Below, piece after piece: positions 26,436-39,565 of a stretch of DNA of 64,000 nt. This DNA is from Sphaerodactylus townsendi. Taxonomy: Eukaryota. The stretch is from the NCBI RefSeq assembly GCF_021028975.2, contig NC_059433.1:29202001-29266000 (forward strand). The letters run 5' to 3'. Within the stretch, counting starts at the first letter, position 1, and each line of letters starts with the position of its first letter. Below the pieces are notes generated by a model. The model was not told the origin of the DNA, did not search any database, and worked only from the letters and a program-made list of their open reading frames with translations. The translations under genes were made by a program, and so were the position numbers.

Positions 26436-29400
26436 TTAGGCAAAGTTGTACAGAGCAAGCCTAAATATGTCATTGGAACAAATCCATTTGTCATTAATAT
26501 TCTTGAGGATAAACAACTGGTGGAATCCCATCACTGGATCATCATCTACCTACGAGGAAAGGTGAAAAGCAAACTTAGCCCATGCAGTAACACATTCAAA
26601 TCAAACCAACTCAACATGTTCAGTTAAGCTAGAAGCACAGAAGGGATGACTACTGCTTCTTAGAACTTTCTCTGAAACGGTCCATTTTTTTCTAATAAAA
26701 CAGAATAGCACTGCGCACCGCACTCGCCCTCAGGCCAGCTTGCCCTGCCCTGCCACTTGCACAAGCCACCTGCCCCACCTCTCCCACACTGCCTCCCACC
26801 CCACCCAGGACGGAGGGCAAAGGACCCCCATCCCCAAAAGGCAAGAACCCACACCACAGCCTGCGCCCCTAAATATAAAAAAACATAAAACAGAGTACAT
26901 GATTCAATCATGGTGCAAACAGCCAGCTGAACTGAACAAGAAGAAGTTTGGATTTATATTCCCCCTTTCTCTCCTGCAGGAGACTCAAAGGGGCTGACAA
27001 TCTCCTTGCCCTTCCCCCCTCACAACAAACACCCTGTGAGGTGGGTGGGGCTGAAAGAGCTCCAGCAAGTTGTGACTAGCCTAAGGTCACCCAGCTGGCG
27101 TGTGTGGGAGTGCACAGGCTAATCTGAATTCCCCAGATAAGCCTCCACAGCTCAAGCAGCAGAGCGGGTTCTTCCAGATTAGAATGTACCTGATCTTAGG
27201 GCCAACTGGCTATTTCATTGCAAAACAACAAGATTGAGCTGTACCGTTTCTATCCAAACCCCTTCCTTGGGCTCTTGCCTTTTAACTTTATAAACCTGAG
27301 AGGAGGAGCCCAAGACTCTAGGATTAATATGAGCTGCTTTCAGAAGCTATTGTCTGAAAAGCGGGATATAAACAAAACGTGCCGCTTGACTGATGATTTG
27401 TAATCAGTCTATGAATCTTCCAGGTTGTCATACTGATCTGAAACTTGCCATGTCAAAGCAAACCCAAGATTTTCTTCTTGCTCACTCCACACCTTGTATG
27501 TGTAATGGTTTTTATTTGTAAATTACAAGGTTTGGTGGAACTCTGTTTTAATAATGTTGTGGACTGCATAGGAAATTCGTCAAGAGGAAACCAAATCTAA
27601 TAAGCTTCTTGACCCTGGCAGCTACTTGTCACAGATGTTTTCATTATGCCTGTTTCGTGATTGAGGACACATGTGTGAATAAATGGAAGAAAGTAATTGC
27701 TTTTGAAATTAACTGCGCTGTGTTTTCTATTCTGGCATCAATAACTTACAAGTGGGGGATTCATGAAGACTTGTGAGGATGTCTAATTTTCCCCATTCTT
27801 CACGTGTTTTGCCCCTTTCTCTACCTCTGGCTGTCCCTACAGCCTCTTCAGGTTTTATTTCAGTCCCTGCAACCTACCTTTTCTTCTTCGCTTCTCCTAT
27901 CTTCAAGATTTCCTTTCTACTCCTCTCACCTCCATTCTATATTTCACCTCACCCATCACCGACTCTGAGGCTTGGATCCATCAGCATTGTTTGAGTGTTC
28001 CTTAGAAATCTCCAAAAGTGTCACTAAAGTCTCACAACATACAGCCCCATCCAATGAGGAGTGGGACTAAAAGGGCTTTTGGGAACAATGTGGACATGTA
28101 TCAACACATTTGCCCTCCCTGGGGCACTTACCCTCACAGGGATGGCAGATGCACCAGCGGCTGCCCGTCCCTCAGCCCTGCACCACTAAACCTAGAAGTC
28201 TGGGCTGCGGCAGGGCTCCACTAGAATCCCAATCGAATGCCAGTGTGGGGGCAGGCTGGGGCATTGCCAACATTAGTCAGCTCCCTCCACAGTTTAGGGT
28301 TGGGATTGTTGCACCCCAGGCTCTGGACTTATGCCACTCTTTTGGTGGCTTACGTCCTATAAGGCCTATGGAGCTTTCTGGCAGTGGAGGAGTTTCAGAG
28401 CTTTTTCTAGCTCCCTGTGCCACCAGAAAGCCCTCTTGGAGGTGGTAGGATGGTGCCGCAACGGCACTGCATCCTGCCGCCTCCAGCTTTGGATGCGGCT
28501 GTCCGTCTTGTAAGCAGAGGCGTATGGGGGGGAAATGGCACCTGGAGACAGTCGTTCTCTGGGTGTTCCCCTGCTACACCTGGGGGCAGGGCTCGGGGGT
28601 GCCACCACGAGCCTCACCCCCCTGCTGCCAACTGGAAGTTGGGGGGGGGGACAGGCTTGGGGGGCAGTGTCCTCAGGCTTCCTTGGCCCCGCCCACGTCG
28701 ATTACGAAATGGGTGGGCTGAGGGCACCCGAAGACGAGGCAGAAGGACTTCTGCTGCCTTGCCATCTTTCTGGTCATGGGGGGGGGGCAATTTTACGCCC
28801 CCCACATGACCAGGTTAGTGGATCCCTTGTCCCTAGGCAGATACGCCACTGCTTGTAAGATCTCAGTGTGAATTCAACTCTTACAGCTAAAGTTGTTACT
28901 TGTGTTCTTTTAAAAAAATTATTCTTTTCTTGCAAACTTGAGGGTTCCCTCAGAAATGTAGATTCCTGCTCAGTGGAATAGAGGAAAGCCAGGAATGACT
29001 GTTAGCTTTGGACAAAAGTGCTTTCGGGAAGGAGCAGATGGGCCCCATCAGTTGGTCATGAGCAGTGTCTTGGAGATCACATGTCTAATACTGAAAGAGT
29101 AGTCACTTTTTTAAAAGGAATGACTGGCTGATTATGGAATTTGTTAATTCACCACATTTGGATACGCTTTGGTACTTTTATTCCATAGGATTGTACAGCT
29201 GAACAAGTCAGCTAACCATACCACAATACTCAGTCTTCTGTGGAAGCTATTGATCAGCTGGGATGCTGGCTAATGAGATATATTTTTGAATAGGCTGCAA
29301 AGTTATATCTGGTTTCAAAGGTGGATATAAAGAAAAGATTTGTGACTGATGTAATCATGAAACTGATCCCTTTGAAAAGTGAAAATCCTAGCTTTCATTC

Positions 29401-32400
29401 TGAAAATAGTAGCTTCCTTGCCCTTGTAGCTACAGAGATATATCTGAATGAGTGAAAAATTCCTTGCTGTGCCAAAAATCAGCAGACAGCGCGCATCAGT
29501 AATACTCAGACTAGGGATTTCCTTCGGACTACAAGTGAACACTTGGCTCTGACTCTATTTCCAGCAGTGAGGTTTGAAGGGCAGAAGCCGAAACCTTCTC
29601 CCTTGATGGCACTTTTGTAAGGCAGCTGTCAGTAGAGAACAATGGAAGAGAGACAGAGAATTGCCTGAATTCATTGTGATATGCAGGGCTATCTGGGCCA
29701 AACAGGATATTATTAGGGAAACCTGGGGCTCCTAACCCTGTGTGTTGCTCCATAATGACTGGAGGGAAATTCTGTAGAGTAGACTTAGTAGGCAGGAGAA
29801 GGTGCTTCCATTACAGCAAAAATTATAGCGCAACTCACTGCGGTAAAAATTGTGGCATAATTGGCTTGATTGTGGCATAAATTCTCATAGGGTGATGTCT
29901 CTCATTATAATATAAAGTGAATTCCAGTGCACAAACCATAGCAAACCTGCTACCATTTAAATGCCGCAAGATTCCTTTTTGTTTTTGTCAGCATGGAAAA
30001 ATTGCACATATACTAAAGACACAATTGTCAATTCTTACCTTCAACTGACCAACAACCATACTAAGGATACAATTATCAGGAGTTGGCTGATGATCCTGGG
30101 AGGTTATGTTGTGCTGAATTTTTTGGAAAGGAAGTCTCTGTTTATAGAAGAAAATTATGTTAAACATACTTCTCCAGTGGATAATAGAAGTATCTGGAAT
30201 TCTGAATAAGAATGACACAACTTGGTGTAGTAACTATAATGTTGGACAGATCTTGGAAAACCAGGTTTGAATTCCCACTCTGTCATAGAAGTTTGTTGGG
30301 TGACCTTTGACCCACCATTCTCTCAGCTTAACCTACCTCAAAGTGTTGCTGCAGCAAGGATAACATGGAGGAGGGGGACAATGATATAATTGAAACTGAT
30401 ATAATAAGCTGCTTTTAGTCACCACTAGGGAAGAAAGCAGGGTATAATTATTTAAAATGACAAAGTCCGTTCAATAGAATTCCCCATCACTTCCTTCAAA
30501 GACTGTGTTTTTAATTTTTAAAAAGCATTAAAAAACAGACAGCAAGATAACATACATAAAATGAACAATACAATGACAGGAGCTAAGCGGTCAAATACCA
30601 TCAATTTTTCCATAATGGCCGTTTTCCCTTGGAACTGCTGCCCTTCCCATGATAAGCAGGAAGCATCTGTCTGTAAAAAAGAGAGACAGAGAGTAAAACA
30701 AATATCAGTAATTTACTTTTAAAAGACTGAACTAAAATGCAAACAAATAATTCCTAGGCAGGATACCTTGAGAGAGATCCCTTCACAAGTGCCCCCTACT
30801 TAGCTCCTCATTACTTCTTGTATCCCAGCAGCAAAGAAAGATGCAAAATGTAGTAGAGAGATAGTGTGATGTAGTGGTTAAAGTGCTGGACTAGGAACGA
30901 GGAAAGATAGGTTCAAATCGATTTCTTGCTGGGTCACGCTCTTTTGGGTTCAAATCTCACTTTTCATGAGTGACACGCTTTCCGTCTAACCTACTTCAAC
31001 GGGTTGTTGTAAGGATAAAATCAAAAGGAGACGGATGCAAGCAGCTTTGGATACCCATTGGGGTATCCAACCTAGACAGGTGGAATGGGGCAGAAGGATC
31101 ATTGTAGTTCATAAAGAGGTTTTACCATCACCAGATGTCCCCTTCTGCTTTATAGCTGGGATAGGGGGATTGTACATGTCACTGGGTCATAGAGACAGAA
31201 CAGGGCTGCAGTTGGTTCACTGTACACACTGCTGCTCAACAGCATCCCTGTCCGAGTTGATGGGGCACTCTCGGAGATGGTGTTGGAGGCTCCCAGGACT
31301 GCTGTTCCTCATGATTCCATCTTCATCAGGTGAAGCAGTGCGGGGTGTTGGAGCACTGCCTGGAGGAGGTCATAGTTTGGATGAGCGTGAATCGATTGAC
31401 GCTGAATCCTGACAAGATGGAGATGCTGTTTGTGCCAGGTTCTAAAGTCCAGTTCATAGAAGGTCACCTTTGCCAGGGCGATTTTGCCCCAAAAGGATCA
31501 GGTGAGAGATTTGGGGTCCTCCGGGGGGGGCGGGGGGGCGCTACCAACTCTGCCCATTTGTGGACCAAAATGACCTGACCACAGTTGTCCAAGCTCTGGT
31601 AATCTCTAAGTTGGACTACCACAATGTGCTTTATGTGGGGGTACCCTTGAAGACAGTCCAGAAACTGGAGCTGGTGCAGCATACTGCAGCTTGGCTGCTA
31701 ACTCTTAACACCCCAGGCCGTGAGCATATTATGCCGGTACTGAAGGAACTGCACTGGCTCACAGTTTGCTACCGGGCTCAATTGAAGATGTTGGTTATGA
31801 CCTATAAAGCCCTAAACTGCCTGGGACCACATTTGTGGGAAACCCTGCCATACAGACTGGCCCGGGTGCTGAGGTCATGGGGGGAGGGCCCTGTTGGCAG
31901 TCCCTTCCCTCTCTGAGGTGGGGGGGGGGCTGCATGGAGGGTTTTCTCTGTAATAGTTCCCACTTTATGGAATGCCCTCCCAATAAAGGTTCGACAAGTG
32001 CTAACACTATATACCTTTTGGTGCCTGCTTAAGACCATGATCTTCGCCAAGTATTTGAATTATTGATGCCATCTACACCCAGTCCACTGGGCTTTTTTGG
32101 AACTTGTTGAACGTTCCAGGGGGGTAGGGAATATGTGCTAGTATGTTTTTAGATATGTATTTTTGATGGGTAGGTTTTTGTTTTAGGTACGGTTTTGTTT
32201 CTAGGGATATTTTAGGGATGTTTTTAGTTTTAGATGTGTTTTTAGGAATTTTTATCTGGGTATAATGCTGTTTCTATTGTAACGTGGGAAGCATTTTTAA
32301 ATGGTTATAACCCGCCCTGGGATGCATTTGAAGGATGGGATAGAAATCAACTAACTAAAGCAATAAAAAAAGAATTTAAAACAAAGCTATATTGACACTT

Positions 32401-32501
32401 ACATAAAAGGCACCTAACTGTTCCCTGTTGGAATCAAACTTCTGATAATACAACTGTATAAAACTTGTTCCAATTTGCTCCCAAATAGGCCTTTCTGCCA
32501 T
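26436..32501 (-). CDS. NUTF2L: Nuclear transport factor 2-like protein (NUTF2 paralogue), 127 aa, 4 coding exons
   Basis: Exons 32501-32403 (99 nt, [33 protein letters not shown]), 30670-30599 (72 nt, [24 protein letters not shown]), 30137-30039 (99 nt, [33 protein letters not shown]) and 26549-26436 (114 nt, [37 protein letters not shown]). All GT-AG and phase 0; total 384 nt. Family is certain; the paralogue symbol is inferred. Confidence 0.93.
31330..32370 (+). mobile_element. L2 LINE 3' fragment in a NUTF2L intron
   Basis: [22 protein letters not shown] and [35 protein letters not shown]...LKELHWL, typical of L2. Confidence 0.8.
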
Positions 32502-34167
32502 TTTGTGCACCTGCAAAGAAAACAGAACTTTATGGAATTTTTATTATACAAAAATGTGGATCACAGAGGCAAACTCAGACAACTTTTGCACTGCACATAT
32601 TGAAGCAAAATCTGCTCTGCATATCGCAGTACAGTCCCAATGAAACAAGAGAATATACACAGGATTGAACATGAATGAGGACAAATTCAGTAGCAGACAT
32701 GTAGTGTAGTGATTTGAGAGTAAGGCTAAGATCCAGATGTCCCAGAGTTGAATCTTCCCTTTGTCATGGAAGCTAAATGGGTGACCCTGGACCAATCACA
32801 CACACTGAGCCTAACCTACCTCATAAGGTTGTTGTAAGGATACAAACAGAGAGGACAACAATGTAAGCTGCTGTCTCGAAGGAGGAGGGTTGGTTTAAAG
32901 AAATTAACAGAGTGCATTTGTCTATGTAAACTAATTTGTTTACAACACGGCCAAGTGTCTGATAAATTCAGAAAATGGAATGCTTTTCTGACCCAAGCCT
33001 GCGAAGGGAGGGAATGCATAGGAATCAAATAAATAAATATCAATAATAAATAAAATGAGTCATTAATTTGGAGCATGAACACTTGATGTTTTATAATAGT
33101 TCTGTAGTGTGTATCTTATAATATTGTTAGTATCAGTTTCTCATCTACAAATATTAAAAAACAATGTAAGCTGCCACAAAGGCAAGGTATGATTTAATAA
33201 ATACACAGACATGAAAAAGCATGTATTTAAATTGTTATTTTTGTATTCTCTGCCAATTAACATGGAAGAAAGGAAAAGGCTAGCAGCTACAAGCTTATTG
33301 GCTGATTCTGAGATTGGACATCCATCAACAGACACACTAACCAACTCTTCTCCTTGCTAAATTACCTCCCAACCCACAACATGATATTTCTTTATAACAC
33401 ATCATTCTTTTTTTTCACCTGTAGCCTCTTCCAGGGTTTCAGAAGAGAACTAGAAAGAACACATGGACAAATGCTTCTATTATTATCCAGAAACGATACC
33501 AGAAGATTCCATGTGTGCCTCCATCTTTTCCTTTTGTCACTGCTTTGGAAGGGAGGAGATCCAGTTATGAGTGTTAGGAAGATGGGGGGGGGGGGGGGGA
33601 CAGTACAAAGGAAACAGGGCAGCGGTGGCGAACCTATGGCCGAACCTATGGCACGGGTGCCAGAGGTAACACTCAGAGCCCTTTCTGTGCTCTCAACTAT
33701 GCTGTATGGAGACTAAAAGAGTGAGCCCCGGGTAACAAAATGGATTTATTTTTGAGTAAATACAGATTATTGGGCTGCACAAATTATCTCCTGATGCAGC
33801 AGAGGTTGATTATTCAAACCAATGTGGATTCCACACAGCATATTTATAACGATCTGCAATAGTTCTAAATGAATTTGTTTTCCATTTCGGAAAACAAGTT
33901 CATTTATAACAATTGCAACTGGTTATAAATATAGTATGCGGAATCCATCCAAATGTGTCCTCCACATCTCCGATATAACCAACGTCCAACACACCCATCC
34001 ACGCATAGCAGAGAGAGGCACTTTTTTGCATGTATTTGCAAGGTTGAATTCCTGAGTTTCCCAATTCAAACTTGATAGACCAACAGAGACTTGAACACGG
34101 TTTCTATATATACAAACCCAATTCTAGCAGCCAACCATGCTGTCGAAGGCAGGCATGGCTGGAATCA

Positions 34168-34386
34168 CTGGGGTGCTGTGTGGTTTCCGGGCTGTATGGC
34201 CGTGTTCTAGCAGCATTCTCTCCTGATGTTTTGCCTGCATCTGTGGCTGGCATCTTCAGAGGATCTAATGATGCATCTGTGGCTGGCATCTTCAGAGGAT
34301 CAGATTCGCCAGCCCCAGATGCAGGCGAAATGTCAGAATGCTGCTAGAACACGGCCATACAGCCCGGAAACCACACAGCACCCCAG
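34168..34386. mobile_element. Penelope-like element remnant with inverted pLTRs
   Basis: 34168-34265 and 34307-34386 are near-perfect inverted copies; there is also a 30-bp internal tandem duplication. Confidence 0.7.
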
Positions 34387-34548
34387 CTAACCGTGCTGTC
34401 TCTAAACTTACACGATTTGGTACTCCCGCCTCACAGAGGAAAACACTGAAGTTTAACCATGTATTGAACTTAGTAATATGGGGGGGGGGGGAGTGCAGAG
34501 GATAATCCATAACTGCAACATTTTAAAGCAAGGCTGCACGTCCTAGTC

Positions 34549-35039
34549 CAGTGGTGGCGAACCTATGGTGCCAGAGGTGGCACTCGAAGCCCTCTCTGTG
34601 GGCACGCGTACACAGAGTTCATCATGTGATAATAGTGTAATTATTTCAGGGAGATTATTAGCATTAAACCTAAGACCTAGTTTTGGGGAAGCAGTGTAGG
34701 TAACCCTGTTAAGCGCTGTTAAACCCTACTGATTTTCATGGGAAGAATGAAAGCGTGATCCTTTACCTGGGAGTAAGCTCGGTTGCTGGCAATGGGGCTT
34801 GCTTCTGAGTAAACCCTCCTAGGGTCGTGATTCACCCGTTTGAAGCGTCGCACAGTTGCTTCAAAGTAAAGCCACTGACTGTCACCAAGCTTACTCTCGA
34901 GTAACACACGCCTTGGAGCCAACTGTTTTTTCTATACCTCAGTATTCAGGTTAAATTGCCATGTTGGCACTTTGCAATAAATAAGTGGGTTTTGGATTGC
35001 AGTTTGGGCACTCGGTCTTGAAAAGGTTCACCATCACTG
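34549..35039. mobile_element. Non-autonomous hAT element
   Basis: TIRs CAGTGGTGGCGAACCT / AGGTTCACCATCACTG; 8-bp TSD TCCTAGTC. Confidence 0.88.
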
Positions 35040-35099
35040 TCCTAGTCCCAAACACAAGGCGGCTCAGTGTCGAGTAAGCATGCCTCAGTGATCGGGCTG

Positions 35100-36200
35100 T
35101 CCTACTGTAAAATCAGCTAAACTGAGAATGCAGGGATAAGCGATGCTTGCCGATTGGGAGCAAACCGTGCTGCATCCTTAGCTGCTTCATCGGCTCTTCC
35201 GTTTTCCTTTGCAGCTTCAATGTCTGCCCGAGGATGACCCCGGTAATGCGCTCCAGCTACTTCACTATCTGCAAACTTCTCTAAGAGAGTCTGAAGACTT
35301 GACCAACGCACGAGTTTACTGCAAGACCGATCCGACGGTCGATCCGAGCTTCTCACGGTTAGAGGCAACCGACTGCTCGGCCGCGTGCGGGAAGAGAAGG
35401 GAACGCGCTGCTCCCCACGATGGGGTGTCGCAAGCGCAGCGCTGCCTGCACCCCGAGGCCCTTTTGCAAGAGGCCACTCCGATGCAAGCAACAGCGTGCA
35501 AACCGCTTTGCAAAAGGAAGTTACGCAAAACCACAGCGCGGCGGGAGCACCCTCCGAGCCACACAGCAAACTGCCTTTTCTCCTTCACAGCCCTCATCCC
35601 ATTCAATTCTAGCCACCTTCTGTAGCTCTTTACTTCCCCCTCCCACTGGTTTTACCTCCCAGCCGTTCCCGTCACTACCCAGCTGGGGAGCACACTGCAG
35701 CCGCCTGCCCATTCATTTCCACCCTATTGCAAGCAGCCTCCAAAAAAGGCAGGATGGGGGGAAAGCTTCGGATTTCCGGAAAGGGTGAATACGAAAGCCG
35801 CTAAGATGGAAATGCAAACGAGAAAACTAGGCACTTCTGAAACTTCATCATATCCGATTTAAACCGTATGTGGCTACGTCTCTCCAGGTGTTTCCAGTGA
35901 AATCAGGTGGGTGGGGGCAGGGAGAGAGAGAGAATGCAACTCACGGAAAGAACCGCAACTTCTGAATTTGCCGCCACTCGGAATCCCGGGCGAAACTTTT
36001 CCACTCCCTTTGCAAATACGTGATGCCGCTCCGGATGACCAGCAGGTGGCGCTCACACTAAGCATTTGGCTTTCTGACGTCAGAACTTCTCCAGCCAATA
36101 GTAGCCTCGGCGCCGTCCCCTCGGAGGATGTTCAAATTCTTGGCGGGGCGGGGGGGGGGGGGGGGGCTTTGATGGATGCTTCGAAGCATACCTGATCCGT
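35100..36200. promoter_or_regulatory. CpG-rich island, probable NUTF2L promoter, with a CTCF motif
   Basis: High CpG density about 2.6-3.7 kb upstream of the NUTF2L acceptor at 32510; CCAGCAGGTGGCGC at 36039-36052 fits the CTCF core. Confidence 0.55.
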
Positions 36201-36281
36201 ATTCAAGGAAGATTACTTGCTCTGCTGGTTGCATCGCTGGATTAAATTATGCAAAGATGGCTGTGCTGAATGTCCAATGTT

Positions 36282-37275
36282 TAAGAACATAAGAACTAGC
36301 CTGCTGGATCAGACCAGAGTCCATCTAGTCCAGCACTCTGCTACTTGCAGTGGCCCACCAGGTGCCTTTGGGAGCTCACATGCAGAATGTGAAAGCAATG
36401 GCCTTCTGCTACTGCTGCTCCTGAGCACCTGGTCTGCTAAGGCATTTGCAATCTGAGATCAAGGAGGATCAAGATTGGTAGCCAAACATCGACTTCTCCT
36501 CCATAAATCTGTCCAAGCCCCTTTTAAAGCTATCCAAGTTAGTGGCCATTACCACCTCCTGTGGCAGCATATTCCAAACACCAAATCACGTATGTTGCGT
36601 GAAGAAATGTTTCCTTTTATTGAGTCCTAATCCCCGCATTTTCAATGCATGCCCCTAGTTTTAGTATTGTGAGAAAGAGAAAAAAAAATTCTGTTAACAT
36701 TTTCTATCCCATGCATAATTTTATAGACTTCAATCATATCCCCCCTCAGACGTCTCCTCTCCAAACTAAAGAGTCCCAAACGCTGCAGCCTCTCCTCATA
36801 AGGAAGGTGCTCCAATCCCTCAATCATCCTTGTTGCCCTTCTCTACACTTTTTCTATCGCTTCGATATCCTTTTTGAGATGTGGTGACCAGAACTGAACA
36901 CAGTACTCCAAGTGCGGTCGCACCACTACTTTATATAAGGGCATGACAATATTTGCAGTTTTATTATCAATTCCTTTCCTAATCATCCCCAGCATAGAGT
37001 TTGCCTTTTCACAGCTGTCATGCATTGAGTTGACATTTCCATGGAACTATCAACTAAGAAACCCAAATCCCTTTCCTGGTCTGTGACTGATAGCACCGAC
37101 CCCTGTAGCATGTATGTGAAGTTTGGATTTTTTGCCCCTAAGTTCATCACTTCACATTTTGCTACATTGAACTGCATTTGGCATTTCTTAGCCCACTCAT
37201 CTAATTTATCAAGGTCCATTTGGAGCTCTTTGCAATCCTTTGCGGATCTCACCACCCTACATAATTTGGTATCAA
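36282..37275 (-). mobile_element. CR1 LINE, 5'-truncated
   Basis: ERLQRLGLFSLERRRLRGDMIEVYK, RPHLEYCVQFWSP and ELQMDLDKLDEWA; 3' (TTCTTATG)n-type tail. Confidence 0.9.
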
Positions 37276-38278
37276 TTAACATGGCAGAAATAATGGGAGC
37301 TAATAGGAAATGGGGGCTACACCTTTGAGGGTCCATAACTTTGGACCCCTTGAACTAAACTTTACCAAACCTTGGTGGTATCATCAGGAGAGTCTCCTAA
37401 AGATAACCTGACATTTCGGTGCTGCTAGCCTAAAATGTACCCCCTGCAGGCCAAAAACTGAAAAAACACTAAAAAATACAAAAAACACAAATGAACATGG
37501 GGGGAGGGCTGAGATTTTGTACTGGGCTCCATTTTCCCTAGCTACGCCTCTGCTAACAAGTATATACAATATATCACTAAAACTGGCCTATGGGCCAGAT
37601 TGCTGGCAAATAGTAAATGTCACCCCCATTTTTAAAGAGGGGGTTCAGAGGGGATCTAGAAAATTACAGGCCAGTTAGCCTAACTTTTTTCCAGCTAATT
37701 AGTAGAAACTGATTAAAGAGAATTATTAAGCACAGTGAGAAACAAAGCTTACTGAGGGAAAATCAACATAGTATTTACTAAGCCTTGTTCACTTTCTTAG
37801 ATTTTTTTGAGCAGGTTAACAAGCTGGGTACTCATTTTACCCACCTCAGAAGGGTGGAAGGCTGAGTCAACCTTGAGCCAGCTACCTGAAACCAACTTCC
37901 GCTGGGACTGAACTCAGGTTGTTAGCAGAACTTGGACTGCAGTATTGCAGCTTACCACTCTGCGCCATGACATTCATTAGCAGTGGCTAAAATAAGCAAA
38001 TCCAGAGGTTCACACAGAAAAAAATAGCAACTGGAATCCGCATGTAATTTTGGCTGGGAGTGTGCCAAAAGAAAGAGCTGGTCAATTGGGCTAATGTTCA
38101 ATTTAATCTACTACCAGGGAACTCAAAATTGTGCTGTGGAGAAATAAATTTTATACAGAATATTGTGAAGAACAACATGGCTTGAAGTGGTTCTTCGGTC
38201 CATTCACATTCCATGAAACAGGAACATGGTTTCTGAGCTGCGCCATAGTTTTTTGAAGTTCACTTAAGCTTTGTGTTT

Positions 38279-38633
38279 CTATTTTCTTGTCTCAAGTTCA
38301 TCTTCTATTTCCTGTAATTGATATTCCAGTTCACTTTCCTCCAGTTCACTTTCACTGTCCCAATAATCTTCATTATATTTGTCCGCTAAATATTTCGAAG
38401 GTGTGAGATCATCAGAAGCTTTCCTGGCTTTTTTCTTTCTCAGTTTCTTTTGCTTCTGTATTTCAGCCAGCTGCTCCTGCTGCTGCTGTAACAATCCAAT
38501 CCCTTCTACTACTTCGTCCTTTCTCATGTTTTTGTATTCAAGTATTTGCTTATTTAAATCTTCATGATCAACTCCAAACAGATTAGAGAGAATGGGAGAA
38601 TCTGGGGGGTCCAGAGATCCGGATCCTTGTTCG
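38279..38633 (-). CDS. RBFA: RBFA last coding exon (exon 7)
   Basis: SNLFGVDHEDLNKQILEYK matches human RBFA SSLCGIDHEALNKQIMEYK; acceptor CTTGCAG; phase 2 fits exon 6; TAG stop. Confidence 0.88.
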
Positions 38634-39565
38634 CTGCAAGAAAGGGGCAAAGTTGGATAAACTATAACATATTTGATACTCTTCAAGTAAACACAAGACC
38701 ACATATAGGCTCTCTGAAACATATCTGAACATAATGCAAAGACAGCTTCTAATATTTCAGTTTTGCCATCAAGTTTTCAACTCTTAAATAGTTATAATCA
38801 CCACTATTTAGTCCCATTAATTTCAAGGGGGTAAGAGAAAACCACAGGCTTAGATATTTCCCACTGGAATCAGCACTTAAATTTTGGCTGGAAGTGTGCT
38901 CTGACAGTAAGGCCTGACATTTCACATACACACAAACCCCCAAAATCCACAGAAAATGACCTGCACTCACCACAGTTCTGCATTATAACACTATCCCCCC
39001 CGCACCCTGGAACTCAAAACTTACGACAATATAAAGCAAAAACACTCTAATAAAAAATCAGAAGTATTTAGTTGACATTCGTATCAACAGTCCATCAGTG
39101 TATTTTTTCAGGATGTTTGGTAATGGCAGCATATGTCACAGCTAGAAATTTTATGCACTACGGATATAAATCTGTCTCCCTTTCATGCTTGCTTGCTCCC
39201 TCTTCTCATGTGCGGAGCACAACTTAAGGCTTCTTGATTTTGAAAGTCTTCATACTGGATACCTTGTTATGTCTGAATGTAGGTATCCGGATGAAATTAA
39301 ATATGTTCCTTCTCCACAAACTGGGAGTCTAAACTGGGATTAAACAGAGGTTCAGAATAAGCAAATATGAGGGAAAGAAATGCCAGTTTGTCCAGGAGCC
39401 TGCATTCAGATGTCACCACAAGCTGAGGGATAAGACTTGTAAAATAAGTCAAGTCTTCAATCTTTAAGTGGTTGGGGGATGGAAAAGGTCACATAAGTAT
39501 GACAACAAGACTTGTTCCTCATGGTCACAAATGAACTTTATTACAGGAGTTGATTGAAGCTAGGG

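Noticed and set aside
26298-26627. 109-aa plus-strand ORF
   Set aside because: It is the antisense shadow of the NUTF2L last exon.
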